Shown here: in pieces, positions 19,157 through 28,649 of the stretch | How the letters are laid out: each line of letters starts with the position of its first letter | Numbering within the stretch: the stretch's first letter is position 1 | Assembly: GCA_965223905.1 (NCBI GenBank) | Contig: CBDCXV010000009.1 | Span: 448,001 to 512,000 of the forward strand | Length of the DNA: 64,000 nucleotides | Direction: 5' to 3' | Source: Candidatus Latescibacterota bacterium | GTDB taxonomy: Bacteria > Latescibacterota > UBA2968 > UBA8231 | The notes under the pieces: model-generated | Told to the model about the DNA's origin: nothing | Seen by the model: only the letters and a program-made list of their open reading frames with translations | Databases searched by the model: none | Program-made: the position numbers and the translations under genes

Positions 19157-20706
19157 CCCTCTGGTTGCATAAAAGTGGGCTATTTCCCCTGCTGCTTGAG
19201 CACATAGTCACTTGCGGCGCCTCTGGGAATTGGGTATCGATGATATCGACCAAAACATTATCGACCCCATTCCTGGAGGACACCGCAAGTGAAGTACAGC
19301 AAACAAGCGGTTTTTGCCCGTTTTTACAAACTCCCCCGACTTCGTTTCGAAGATCAACAACTTACTTCCTTTGCCGGAGCGATCGTCTTTTTTCTGCTGT
19401 TTCAGCGGCTTAACCTGAAAGCCCGATTGAAGCACTGCTTCCGCCCCGCTAAACGCTCGGCGATCTTCGGCCCCCATGTCGTTGTGTTGCTGCTCGTGGT
19501 GCATCTCCTATTAGGTTTCCGGCGGTTGCGAGACGTGGACTACTACCGGGACGATCCGGTGGTGCAGCGCTTGTTGGGATTGCGTCGGCTACCGGACGTG
19601 TCCACCATCAGTCGCACCCTGGCGTCCCTGAGCCCCTCGAATGTGGCCCACGTGCGCCAGCTGTCCTCGACCCTGGTGATACATGCGCTCCAGCGTGAGC
19701 AGTTGCCTCGTCTGACCCTCGACTTCGACGGGTCGGTGGTATCCACGCGCGCTCATGCCGAAGGTACCGCCGTCGGCTATAACCCCAAAAGGAAGGGGGC
19801 CCGCAGTTACTACAACCTGTTTTGCACCGTGGCCCAAACCGGGCAATTTCTCGATGTCCTGCACCGTCCCGGCAATGTCCATGACAGCAAGGGGGCTCAT
19901 GAGTTCATGATGGACACCTTCGACCGGGTCGGCGCCCTGGGTACCCACCCCGTGCTCGAGGCCCGTCTGGACAGCGCCTTCTTCAGCCAACACACCCTCA
20001 CCCTCCTGGATTTGTATGGCGCCGAGTACACCCTCAGCGTGCCCTTCGAACGCTTCCCCGAGCTCAAGCACAAGGTCGAGTCACGAAAACGCTGGCGCTA
20101 TCTGGACAAGGAACGGTCCTATTTCGAAAGTGCGTGGAAACCGGCAAGCTGGGCGGCCTCGTATCGGTTTGTCTTCGTGCGCCGCAGGGTCAAACGACAG
20201 ACCAAGCAACCGTTGCAGCTGGATCTGTTTCAACCTCGACAATTCGACCATGACTACCGGGTCGTGGTGACCAACAAAACGACCTCGGCAGGTAACGTCG
20301 TCCTCTTTAACGGGGGGCGCGGCGCTCAGGAAGGGGTCTTCGGGGAGGCCAAGCAACAGGCCGGGCTGGACCTGATCCCCACCCGGCGCTTGCTCGCCAA
20401 CCAGATGGTCACCTTGTGCGCCATGATGGCGCACCATCTGGGACGCGAAATGCAGATGATCGCCCATTCGTCAGCAACCTATTCGCGCGCCAAACGGCCC
20501 GCTGCGTGGACCTTCCAGACCCTGGACACCTTGCGTCATCGTTTCATCCAACGCGCCGGCCGGCTGACTCAGCCCAAGGGCGAGTTGACCCTGACGATGA
20601 ATTCAAACCCGCAAGCTAAAGAGGATCTGTGGCATTTCCTCGAAATGCTAAAAAATGCGGCCTGATATAAACGGCCACCATCAGACAGGTTTATGCAACG
20701 TTAGGG
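19157..20706 (+). mobile_element. IS1380-family element, 1550 bp, with 4-bp target duplication TTTA
   Basis: IRs ccctctggttgcataaa and tttatgcaacgttaggg; TTTA at 19153-19156 and 20707-20710. Confidence 0.9.
19289..20665 (+). CDS. IS1380-family transposase
   Basis: LTSFAG, LPDVSTISR, LTLDFDGS, HRPGNVHD, RLDSAFF and GRGAQEGVFGEAK. Confidence 0.9.
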   Translation: MKYSKQAVFARFYKLPRLRFEDQQLTSFAGAIVFFLLFQRLNLKARLKHCFRPAKRSAIFGPHVVVLLLVVHLLLGFRRLRDVDYYRDDPVVQRLLGLRRLPDVSTISRTLASLSPSNVAHVRQLSSTLVIHALQREQLPRLTLDFDGSVVSTRAHAEGTAVGYNPKRKGARSYYNLFCTVAQTGQFLDVLHRPGNVHDSKGAHEFMMDTFDRVGALGTHPVLEARLDSAFFSQHTLTLLDLYGAEYTLSVPFERFPELKHKVESRKRWRYLDKERSYFESAWKPASWAASYRFVFVRRRVKRQTKQPLQLDLFQPRQFDHDYRVVVTNKTTSAGNVVLFNGGRGAQEGVFGEAKQQAGLDLIPTRRLLANQMVTLCAMMAHHLGREMQMIAHSSATYSRAKRPAAWTFQTLDTLRHRFIQRAGRLTQPKGELTLTMNSNPQAKEDLWHFLEMLKNAA

Positions 20707-20723
20707 TTTACTGGATGGGGCTG

Positions 20724-22253
20724 ATGTTTCGCAAGAAGGAATCGCAACGCACCCTGTTCGAGAGCCGCAACCTGGTGCCTGCGGCCAAGCAGCGGCGCCT
20801 GCAGGCGAGCTGGGCGGAGACCTTTCGCACGCGCGCCTTGCCGCTGATCGATGAAGCGCAGTTTGCGTCCTTGTATTGCGACGACAACGGTCGTCCCAAC
20901 CAGCCGGTGGCGACGGTCTTGGGCGTGCTTCTGCTCAAGGAGATGTTCGCTCTGACCGACGCCGAGGCGCTGGAGCAGCTGGAGTTCAGCCTGTTGTGGC
21001 AGCACGCCCTGGAGCTGACCCCGGACGAGGCCCACCTGGCGCAGAAGACGAGGACTAACAACGTCCTGACGCTGCACAACTTTCGCGCGCGCTTGCTGAC
21101 CCATGATCGCGGCCGGGCGGCCTTCGAGGCGACCACGGATCGCATTCTCCAGACGTTGGGTACGAAGGTCACCCGGCAGCGTCTGGACTCCACCCACGTG
21201 CTCAGCAACATCGCGGTGTTGTCGCGTCTGGGGCTGTTGTGTGAGACCCTCCGTCACTTTCTGAAAACCCTGGCCGCGGAGCATCCGCGCCTGTACGGGC
21301 GGGTGCCGAAGCGCCTGCGCCTTCGCTACCTGAAGGAGGACGGCAGCGCCACGGCCTACCAGGACGCGCCCTCCGGCACGGGCAAGAGGCGGCTGCCGGT
21401 GTGCACGCGCGACCTGTATCGTCTCCATCAGCTGTTTGCGGGCACCGCGGCGGAGGGCTTGGCGTCCTGGGCGCTGCTGCAGCGCCTGCTGTGGGAGCAG
21501 TGTGAGGTGATCGCGGACAAGCAACGCCCCTCGACCGAGGACGACGACGCCGGCGAAGGCGGCGTGCCGGTGGCGCTGAAGGCGCCTGAGCACGTCGGCA
21601 GCGACTCGCTGCAAAGCCCCTATGATGCCGAGGCCACCTACAACGGCCGCAAGGGCAAAGGGTACGAGGTGCAGATCGCCGAGACCTGCGTCGAGGCCGA
21701 CGACGACAAGACCGACGACGACAAGACCGACACCGTGAACAGGATCACCCACGTAGCGGTGACCGATGCCTGCGCCAGTGACGAGCACGCGACGATGCCG
21801 GTGCTGGAGGCCCTCGAAGAGCGCGGGCAGCGACCCGACGAGCTGGTCGCCGACACCGCCTTCGGCTCCGGCGACAATGCCATCCACGCCGAACGCCTGG
21901 GCACCGAGTTGGTCAGCCCGGTCAAAGGCCGGCAGGTGGACGTCGAGGTGCGCCCCGATACGGTGACCCGGGCCGACTTCCTCGTCGATGCCCGTCTCCG
22001 GGATCCGGCCATCTGCCCGGCCGGACACCTGGCCATGGCCAGCGGCGCCTTCCGGGAGCGCTATCGCATTCGCGCCGGCATCGAGGCCACGGTCTCGGAG
22101 CTGAAACGAAGACACGGACTGGGCGCCCTGCGCGTGCGCGGGCGTTGGCGCGTGGAGCTGGCCGTCTACCTCAAAGCGCTGGCCTGCAATATCAAGAGAA
22201 TGGTGCGGGCGCTTACGCCCAAACCCGAAGTCATAGCTCCGGCGATGGGCTGA
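20724..22253 (+). CDS. DDE transposase (DUF772-like N-terminus), possibly non-functional
   Basis: LYCDDNGRP, QRLDSTH, LQSPYDAEATY..KGKGY, LVADTAF and YRIRAGIEATVSELKR. The ORF-track start at 20655 lies inside IS1380. Carries a 21-bp insertion, a 15-bp duplication and a probable deletion after CPAGH. Confidence 0.8.
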   Translation: MFRKKESQRTLFESRNLVPAAKQRRLQASWAETFRTRALPLIDEAQFASLYCDDNGRPNQPVATVLGVLLLKEMFALTDAEALEQLEFSLLWQHALELTPDEAHLAQKTRTNNVLTLHNFRARLLTHDRGRAAFEATTDRILQTLGTKVTRQRLDSTHVLSNIAVLSRLGLLCETLRHFLKTLAAEHPRLYGRVPKRLRLRYLKEDGSATAYQDAPSGTGKRRLPVCTRDLYRLHQLFAGTAAEGLASWALLQRLLWEQCEVIADKQRPSTEDDDAGEGGVPVALKAPEHVGSDSLQSPYDAEATYNGRKGKGYEVQIAETCVEADDDKTDDDKTDTVNRITHVAVTDACASDEHATMPVLEALEERGQRPDELVADTAFGSGDNAIHAERLGTELVSPVKGRQVDVEVRPDTVTRADFLVDARLRDPAICPAGHLAMASGAFRERYRIRAGIEATVSELKRRHGLGALRVRGRWRVELAVYLKALACNIKRMVRALTPKPEVIAPAMG

Positions 22254-22477
22254 AAAAGGGAACGGAGGTCCCTTTCGGCGCCGGAAAAGGCCTTATAAGC
22301 CCGATTCGAGGCCATCGGACGATAGAGCGCTGAAGCAGCTTAAATAGCGGCGCATTCTCGATTCTTTTTCATGTGGGTAAAACTGAAGTTTCAAGAAAAA
22401 TCTCTGTCTTGAAAACGGGGTTGTTACGAGGGAGTCAAGAGTCGTTTCCCAGATGCTTTGATTGCGAATATAAAAAG

Positions 22478-23074
22478 ATGAAATCATTTTTCCTGGCTAC
22501 GCTTCTCCTCGCTTCGCTCGCTTTTGCTGATCAGTCCCTGGTGGGCACTTGGGAACATGAGAGCGGACAGAGTACTCTGACAATACGGGATGACGGAACC
22601 ATAACCCTGGTGACCAGTATCGATGCCGGGGAAATCCTGATCCCCACAGAATTGGGATTCAGGGACAACCCCGATGTAGAGGAAACCCTGGCGGATCTGA
22701 TCGAGGGCAGGAGCTTCCAGGTATCTCTTGCAGGAACATGGAGAGTGCGAGGGAGCAGGCTTTTGACGGTCTATCAGACTGCGGATGTATCAGGGTGGAG
22801 GGAACTCGTTGACGACATTATGGAGGTCGCAGGTCCGGCTATCGAGGCCCGGCATGAGGGGTCCACCGAAGAGAAGAGAGACTTCGCTGTGTCCGGTTAC
22901 AGAGGGCTGCTGGCTTCTCTGTTCTCGGTTGATGATACTTTTTTGCTCGGAGAAGAAACCTTCGCATCCTGGAGCATCCAGGACGGCCTTCTTACCCTTG
23001 GTGGCAAGGTCTACAAGATGGTGGTTCCTACATCCGTTAAGTCGGTATCTTGGGGAGAACTTAAGAGACGATAG
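22478..23074 (+). CDS. Secreted hypothetical protein with C-terminal SWGxxK motif
   Basis: Signal peptide MKSFFLATLLLASLAFA; LVGTWE; ends PTSVKSVSWGELKRR. Confidence 0.75.
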   Translation: MKSFFLATLLLASLAFADQSLVGTWEHESGQSTLTIRDDGTITLVTSIDAGEILIPTELGFRDNPDVEETLADLIEGRSFQVSLAGTWRVRGSRLLTVYQTADVSGWRELVDDIMEVAGPAIEARHEGSTEEKRDFAVSGYRGLLASLFSVDDTFLLGEETFASWSIQDGLLTLGGKVYKMVVPTSVKSVSWGELKRR

Positions 23075-23417
23075 TGCGGAGCGGACAAGGGTTCATCCTC
23101 GGATCGACAGAGACAAATGGGCCTACTATACAACAGATACGATCAAAAAAGGAGAACATGCATGACATTAACCGCAGAGACATTGGCCCTGACTCAGGCG
23201 TTGCCTCAAGGGGTCAAGGATTTCCTCATCGGGCGAAGCTCTTTCCATCGACAGCACCCCCAGATCGTATCCCTCAGGAGCACCTCGCCCCGCAGTTCCG
23301 GAATCTCCCAGGCACACCGATCCGGACTGAGACCTCCAGCGACACCGGCTTGCAAACCCCGAGGGATCAGCCAGGGGAGGTCTCGATGCCCTCATCCCCC
23401 CTCCTCGATCACCCGCA

Positions 23418-23753
23418 ATGGCTTTCCGTCCATACGTAACCAGAGAAGAATGGGAGGAATTCAAGAAAGAGTCGGAAGAAGCCATTTACGGCTTGATCGG
23501 CAATCTCCAAGCCTTGTGGTATTGCTGGGCAATATCCCTCGACCTGGAGCCCGACGACTACAAACCCATGATGAATGCACTGGACGAGGCCATAAGCGAT
23601 CCAGACCAAGCTATGGATGTTGACCACCCTGTCTCCGTCGAGGCTTTCACGGAAATCCTGAAAGATGTGAAAAAGGGTATCCGCAAGAGCAAAAAAGCCT
23701 TAGAGGCTATGGACGACGACGAACCGGGATTCTTCGGAAAACTGTTTGGGTAA
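23418..23753 (+). CDS. Hypothetical protein, possibly the 3' part of a broken gene starting at 23162
   Basis: Helical, charged sequence ending EPGFFGKLFG. An upstream GGAG-preceded ATG (MTLTAETLAL) is in another frame. Confidence 0.45.
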   Translation: MAFRPYVTREEWEEFKKESEEAIYGLIGNLQALWYCWAISLDLEPDDYKPMMNALDEAISDPDQAMDVDHPVSVEAFTEILKDVKKGIRKSKKALEAMDDDEPGFFGKLFG

Positions 23754-23823
23754 GAAAATCGGAACTCGGGTCCACCCTTACCGGCCTCCTTACATGACAG
23801 CAGAACACCGCCGGTTTTCCGGA

Positions 23824-26376
23824 ATGTCCCGGATTTTCCACGGCCTGTTAATCCTGGCAGCAGCCGTACCCGGCTGGTCGGCCCCGGCTCCACCGGATTG
23901 GATCCTGATCGACCCCAGCGACGAGCCCGGGTTCTGGGTGGTGACCTGGCCTTCGGTTGCCGACGCCGACGGCTACCAGATTTACCTGCAGATCGGGGCC
24001 GCCGACGTCGAGGGGGACCAGGCCCCCGAGCCGGTCCTGGCCCGGTGGGGCTACGTCGAACAACAGGACGGGGTGATCCGGGTCAAGATCGCCGGCCTGT
24101 CTCAGGAGACGTTCTCCTTCGGGGTGGCCACCGTCAAGGACGGGGTCGAATCGGAAATCACCTGGCCGGCACAGCCTTCTTCGGCACTCGCGCCACCGGA
24201 TTCGGTTTGGGTCGAAGAATACGGAGAAGGTATTGTAGTTCTTGCCTGGACTGCCGTGCCGGGAGCCGATGGGTACAGGATTTACGGAGAGGTCTTAGTG
24301 ACCGTTGCATTGAATGCTCAAGGGGAAATCGTACTCCTTGAAAGCCCAGAAGTAGTTTGGGTGTCGTGGGGCTATGTGGACCAGCAGGATTCGGAAATAA
24401 TCCGGGCTACCATTCCGATCCTGGATGAGGGGCCGCCCGCGCTTGCCGTAGCCGCAGAAAAGGACGGGGTGAAATCAGAAATCGCCTGGCCGCCGGCACA
24501 TCCGGACTTCAACCGGGATGGCCAGGTGAACCTCCTCGATTTCTTCCTGCTCGCCGACGCCTTCGGGAGCACCCTCCGGGGATTCGACCTCGACCGGGAC
24601 GGCCGGGTCGACCTGGACGACTATTTCCTGTTCGCCAATGCCTTTCAGACCGGCCACTGGCAACCGGAGAACGCAACGCCCGAGCGAAGCGCCGCAACCG
24701 AGACGGTGTACATGAATGGCCGAATCCATACCCAGGACCAGGATCTGCCCTGGGCCGAGTCGCTAGTCACCAGAGGCGACCGAATCGTCCTCGTGGGCTC
24801 TGACGAGGACGCCCTGCGGTATGCCGCTCCGGACGCCAGGTTTGTAGACCTGCAGGGCCGATTCGTGATGCCGGGGATAATCGACGCACACACCCACCCC
24901 GGCTTGATCAGCATCTGGGCCGACCTGTCGGGACTGGATGAACCCGTTGGAGAGAACGAAGAGCCCGCCACACCCGACAGGATGCCGTCCAGGCCGCGGG
25001 AGGCGACGCTGGCCTGGGTGCAGCAGTACGCCGACGATCACCCGTTCACTCTCATGATCACCCAGGCGGCGTGGGACGTCGCCGCCTACCTGCCTGACGG
25101 CCCCCACAGAAGAGACCTGGATGAGATTTCCAGCGTAAGACCCATTCTGTTGTACGACAACTCGGGGCACAGCTTCTGGGTCAATTCCGCCATGCTCCGG
25201 ATCCTGGGCATCGACAGGAACACCCCGGATCTCAGCGAGAACCTGTCGCATTTCGTGCGCGACGAGACCGGAGAGCCCACCGGCTGGCTCAAGGAGTTCG
25301 TCCTGACGCCCTACATGGGTGACCGGCTGGTGCCGGATGCCGACAAACTGAAGGAACGGATGCTGAAGTACTTGAACTACATGTCGAGCAAGGGCGTCAC
25401 GACCTTGTGGGACGCCGGCAACTTCAACATGGACGACGCGGTGTACCAGGTCGCCCATGATATCGCGAGAGAAGGCGATCTGCCGTTGCGTTGGGAAGGG
25501 TCGTACCACATATGGGCGCCGGATCAAATCGACCTGGCAGCCGAATCCCTGCTCCGGCTGCGGGCAAGATACAGCCACGGCAAACTGCAGTTCAACACCG
25601 TCAAGATCCACTACGATGGCATGCAGGACATTCTGACCGCCGGCATGCTGGAGCCCTACGTCACAGACCCCGACAACTACGGCGGCGTGCTGTTCACGCC
25701 GCAACGATTGAGCCGCTTCATGCAGGAGCTGGACGGCCACGGCATCGATGTGCACCTGCATGCCGCCGGCGACCGTGCGACCCGGAATATTCTCGACGCC
25801 GTCGAGCAGGCGCGGGCCGCGCTGGGACGGCCTTTGGGAATCGAGGTCACGCTGAGTCACCTGTTCTCGGTCGCCGACAGTGATATCGAACGCTTTCCCG
25901 AGTTGAACGTACACGCCAATTTCACGCCGCACTGGTTCGGCGGAACGGTGTTCGGGGACGCCAGAGAGATCAACGTCGGTCCGGAACGGGCCGGCCGCTC
26001 TCAGCTCGTCGGGCATTTCGTGCGGCGACAGGCCAGTGTGTCGCTCTCCAGCGACGCCGTCCACAACCCGCGGCGGGTGAACCCCTTCATCGGCATCGAA
26101 ATGAGTATTACCCGAAGGGCGATAGACAAGGCTGACGCCGCCGCCCTGCCGCCGTTCGATGCCGGAATCTCATTGGAGCAGGCGCTGGCCGCCTATACCG
26201 TCAACGGCGCTGCGCAACTGGGATTGGAAGAAGAAATCGGCGCCATAAAGGCCGGCTTGCTGGCGGACTTCATCGTCCTGCCACAGAATCCGTTCGCAAC
26301 CGACGTGGAGACCATCCACGCCATCGAGCCCAGCGCCACAATTGTGGCCGGTGAGCTGCGAAGCGGTAGCCTGTAA
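23824..26376 (+). CDS. Secreted amidohydrolase (Amidohydro_3/YtcJ-like) with two N-terminal ~100-aa repeats and a dockerin/EF-hand-like module
   Basis: Signal-like MSRIFHGLLILAAAVPGWSA; repeats VVTWP..DGYQIY..WGYV and VLAWT..DGYRIY..WGYV; DFNRDGQVNLLDF..DLDRDGRVDLDDY; PGIIDAHTH, KIHYDG, HAAGDRA and GAIKAGLLADFIVL. Confidence 0.85.
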   Translation: MSRIFHGLLILAAAVPGWSAPAPPDWILIDPSDEPGFWVVTWPSVADADGYQIYLQIGAADVEGDQAPEPVLARWGYVEQQDGVIRVKIAGLSQETFSFGVATVKDGVESEITWPAQPSSALAPPDSVWVEEYGEGIVVLAWTAVPGADGYRIYGEVLVTVALNAQGEIVLLESPEVVWVSWGYVDQQDSEIIRATIPILDEGPPALAVAAEKDGVKSEIAWPPAHPDFNRDGQVNLLDFFLLADAFGSTLRGFDLDRDGRVDLDDYFLFANAFQTGHWQPENATPERSAATETVYMNGRIHTQDQDLPWAESLVTRGDRIVLVGSDEDALRYAAPDARFVDLQGRFVMPGIIDAHTHPGLISIWADLSGLDEPVGENEEPATPDRMPSRPREATLAWVQQYADDHPFTLMITQAAWDVAAYLPDGPHRRDLDEISSVRPILLYDNSGHSFWVNSAMLRILGIDRNTPDLSENLSHFVRDETGEPTGWLKEFVLTPYMGDRLVPDADKLKERMLKYLNYMSSKGVTTLWDAGNFNMDDAVYQVAHDIAREGDLPLRWEGSYHIWAPDQIDLAAESLLRLRARYSHGKLQFNTVKIHYDGMQDILTAGMLEPYVTDPDNYGGVLFTPQRLSRFMQELDGHGIDVHLHAAGDRATRNILDAVEQARAALGRPLGIEVTLSHLFSVADSDIERFPELNVHANFTPHWFGGTVFGDAREINVGPERAGRSQLVGHFVRRQASVSLSSDAVHNPRRVNPFIGIEMSITRRAIDKADAAALPPFDAGISLEQALAAYTVNGAAQLGLEEEIGAIKAGLLADFIVLPQNPFATDVETIHAIEPSATIVAGELRSGSL

Positions 26377-26399
26377 GCGGCTGACCAGGCGACGACCGG

Positions 26400-26650
26400 A
26401 CGATTCGCATGTTGCTGAATCGCTCCGCGAGGATCTCGTCGGCCGCCTGCTCGAACGCCGGATAATCCTCATCGGAGATTCCGTCCAGATCCGCGGAGAT
26501 ACGGGCAAGGGCGCGGGCAACATCGGTCATGCCCTCGAGGAAGTCCCGGCCGTCGACGGACATGTCCACCTCGGTCAGGTCGGCGAAAAGACTGTCCCCA
26601 TCGACCCGGTAGGCGCCGGTCCCGTGAGCGGTGAACTGGGAGGAACCGCG
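26400..26650 (-). pseudogene. Internal fragment of a secreted hypothetical protein, loosely similar to 22478-23074
   Basis: TGAYRVDGDSLFADLTEVDMSVDGRDF..DYPAFEQ reads as protein but has no credible start, and is cut by the repeat at 26692. Confidence 0.4.
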
Positions 26651-26742
26651 TCTCCGGCCTCGGCCAGGAGTCATCCGATGCGCAATGACCGGTCGAGTTG
26701 GAAACCGCCGTCCGCCCCGAAGCTCAGGCGATCCGCAGGTTT

Positions 26743-27018
26743 CTACTCAGCCCTTCCCAGGCGATAGCCGACGCGAGACTCGTTGAAGAGATAGGCCGGT
26801 TTTTTCGCGTTGTCGCCCAGCTTGCGTCGGATGCTATTTACGGTCGAGCGCAACGACCGCCGGTCGGAGGAGGACTCCAAGCCCCAAACGCGGTGGAGCA
26901 GAAACCTCGTAGGTCACTGGCGTGCCGAGATGGACCGAAAGCTCCACCAGCAGTCGGTACTCGATGTCGGTCAACCGCACCCGCCGTCCGGCCAGGGTCA
27001 CCCGTCGTTTCCCGTAGT
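26743..27018 (-). pseudogene. Orphan degenerate OmpR-type wHTH 3' fragment (inside repeat copy 2, 26692-27018)
   Basis: Aligns to 15389-15665 with substitutions and indels; ends RRKLGDNAKKPAYLFNESRVGYRLGRAE. Confidence 0.8.
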
Positions 27019-27049
27019 CTAGGATGAAACATCATGTTCGGCTTTCCCT

Positions 27050-27991
27050 TCACCTGCCGTAGCGGATGCGAGCTACGGCCCCACGAGCAGCAAACTGGCC
27101 CCGCGCATAGTGACCTGGCATCGCCGGTGACCGCCAGCGGCCGGCTGTCTGCATTTCGGCAAGCGAAGCACCGCCGGCAGCGAGCGACTCAGCGCCGCCG
27201 ACGCGGAGCGAGTGACCCGAAACCGACCCCCTTACGCCAGCGGCCGTGCATCGGCGTTTAATGATCTGTCGGACGCTTAGGGTGCTTAGTTCCTTCTCGC
27301 CGCCGACATTTCCGCCTCGATGGAGGCGGCGAAACAGAGGCCCACAGGTAATCTTGGCCGCTTCCAGCCACGCCTTGACCCTGGCCACGGTAGGGGGGCC
27401 CAGATAGAGCACGACTCCGATCCCTTCCTGGTCCGTCTTGGAGTGGCGGATGGTAACGCGGCCGCCATCCGGTTCGAAAGCGAGATCGTCGACCTGGAGG
27501 GCTACCAACTCGGAGACGCGCAGCAAGCCGTCCGACATGACCGAGATGATCGCCGCATCGCGCAGCCCTTGGAGGGACCCTTCGCCAGCGGCGATAGCCG
27601 CGGCGGTTTCGGCTTGCGTGAAGTTCACGCCGGTCGCCTGCCCTCGTCCTCTTCCTCGCCCCTGGCGGCGGATCCCGGCAAGAACCCGGTTGGTTCGGGG
27701 ACCTACCGGCGGTGGAATGTCCTGCAGCTTGGCCCGGAACTTGAGCGCAGCGACTACTTGGGAGCACGTCGCCGGCGACTTCTCGGCATCGTACAGGGCG
27801 GCGAGGTAGTTGGCAACGACGGTATCGGTGACGGGATTGTCGCCGATCGCTTTGTCGAACCTCGCCAGCGCGGCCGTATAAGCCCGCTTGGTGTTGGCGG
27901 AAATGCTGGCCTGGACGAGCTCGAGGGCCTGACTTGAGACAGTGAGCGACGGCGCTTGTTTGACGGCGACTGGTGCGGCGTGGGTGCTCAT
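27050..27991 (-). CDS. Tyrosine recombinase, Cre-like subtype
   Basis: SANTKRAY, RDAAII..GLLRVSEL, HSKTDQEG, GHSLRVG and GRWRSPAMPGHY give an R-K-H-R-W-Y catalytic set with Trp, as in Cre. Confidence 0.9.
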   Translation of the reverse strand: MSTHAAPVAVKQAPSLTVSSQALELVQASISANTKRAYTAALARFDKAIGDNPVTDTVVANYLAALYDAEKSPATCSQVVAALKFRAKLQDIPPPVGPRTNRVLAGIRRQGRGRGRGQATGVNFTQAETAAAIAAGEGSLQGLRDAAIISVMSDGLLRVSELVALQVDDLAFEPDGGRVTIRHSKTDQEGIGVVLYLGPPTVARVKAWLEAAKITCGPLFRRLHRGGNVGGEKELSTLSVRQIIKRRCTAAGVRGSVSGHSLRVGGAESLAAGGASLAEMQTAGRWRSPAMPGHYARGQFAARGAVARIRYGR

Positions 27992-28428
27992 TTAATGTGC
28001 CGATAAGCTGTCCTCTAGGAGGACCTGAGGTGTACTCCGTCAACTGACAAAAAAAATGGGGTGAAATAAGGTGCATTTCATGCTTCCTGGACCGGGGTTA
28101 TTTCCCGTACCGAGTACCGGTGCGGGATGGTGGCATTCCCCAGCGCTTAGTGAAAGCGACCCAAGTTATTAACTCGAAAGGTAACCGTTCAGTTCCCTGG
28201 AAGATTGGGGCCGAAAAGGCATGGTCTCGAACCGCCGCCAGCGGTTTTCGCAGAGGTGCCAGTCAACCTTGCTGTCGACGGTATCCAGCGCCCCGAAATC
28301 CAACTTGTGGCGAAGTAGCGCCCCCCCGGGCGGGAGTGCGCGAGCGTATAGTTAAACGCGACCTGATGGTTTTAAAATGCTAAAAAATGGTTTTTATAAG
28401 ATGGGTTAAACAAACTATTTACCAATTC

Positions 28429-28474
28429 ATTGTCAACATAGGGTCAAAAATATTGTCACCATAGGGTCAAAAAT
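28429..28474. repeat. 23-bp tandem direct repeat x2 in an AT-rich tract, followed by TGAC-N6-GTCA
   Basis: attgtcaacatagggtcaaaaat then attgtcaccatagggtcaaaaat (1 mismatch); tgacgtatatgtca at 28477-28490. Confidence 0.85.
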
Positions 28475-28649
28475 CCTGACGTATATGTCAAGTGCTTTTT
28501 TTCGCCCGAGCGACAAGCCGACCCGACGGAAAGCAGTCTGAGCGACGCAAGTTGTTTCCAATTTTCGCCCTCACGATCTCGCTGACGAGAACGGCGCCTT
28601 AAACGACGGTTTCCTTCCCCCCGGCCATACGGTAAACGTCGGATCGGCC

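Larger units (their letters stand above)
19060..22439 (+). mobile_element. DDE insertion sequence (IS1182/ISNCY/IS5-like) carrying a nested IS1380
   Basis: Imperfect terminal IRs cttgattctctcgtaaaaacc (19060) and ggttgttacgagggagtcaag (ends 22439) bracket the transposase at 20724-22253. No flanking target duplication seen. Confidence 0.7.
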
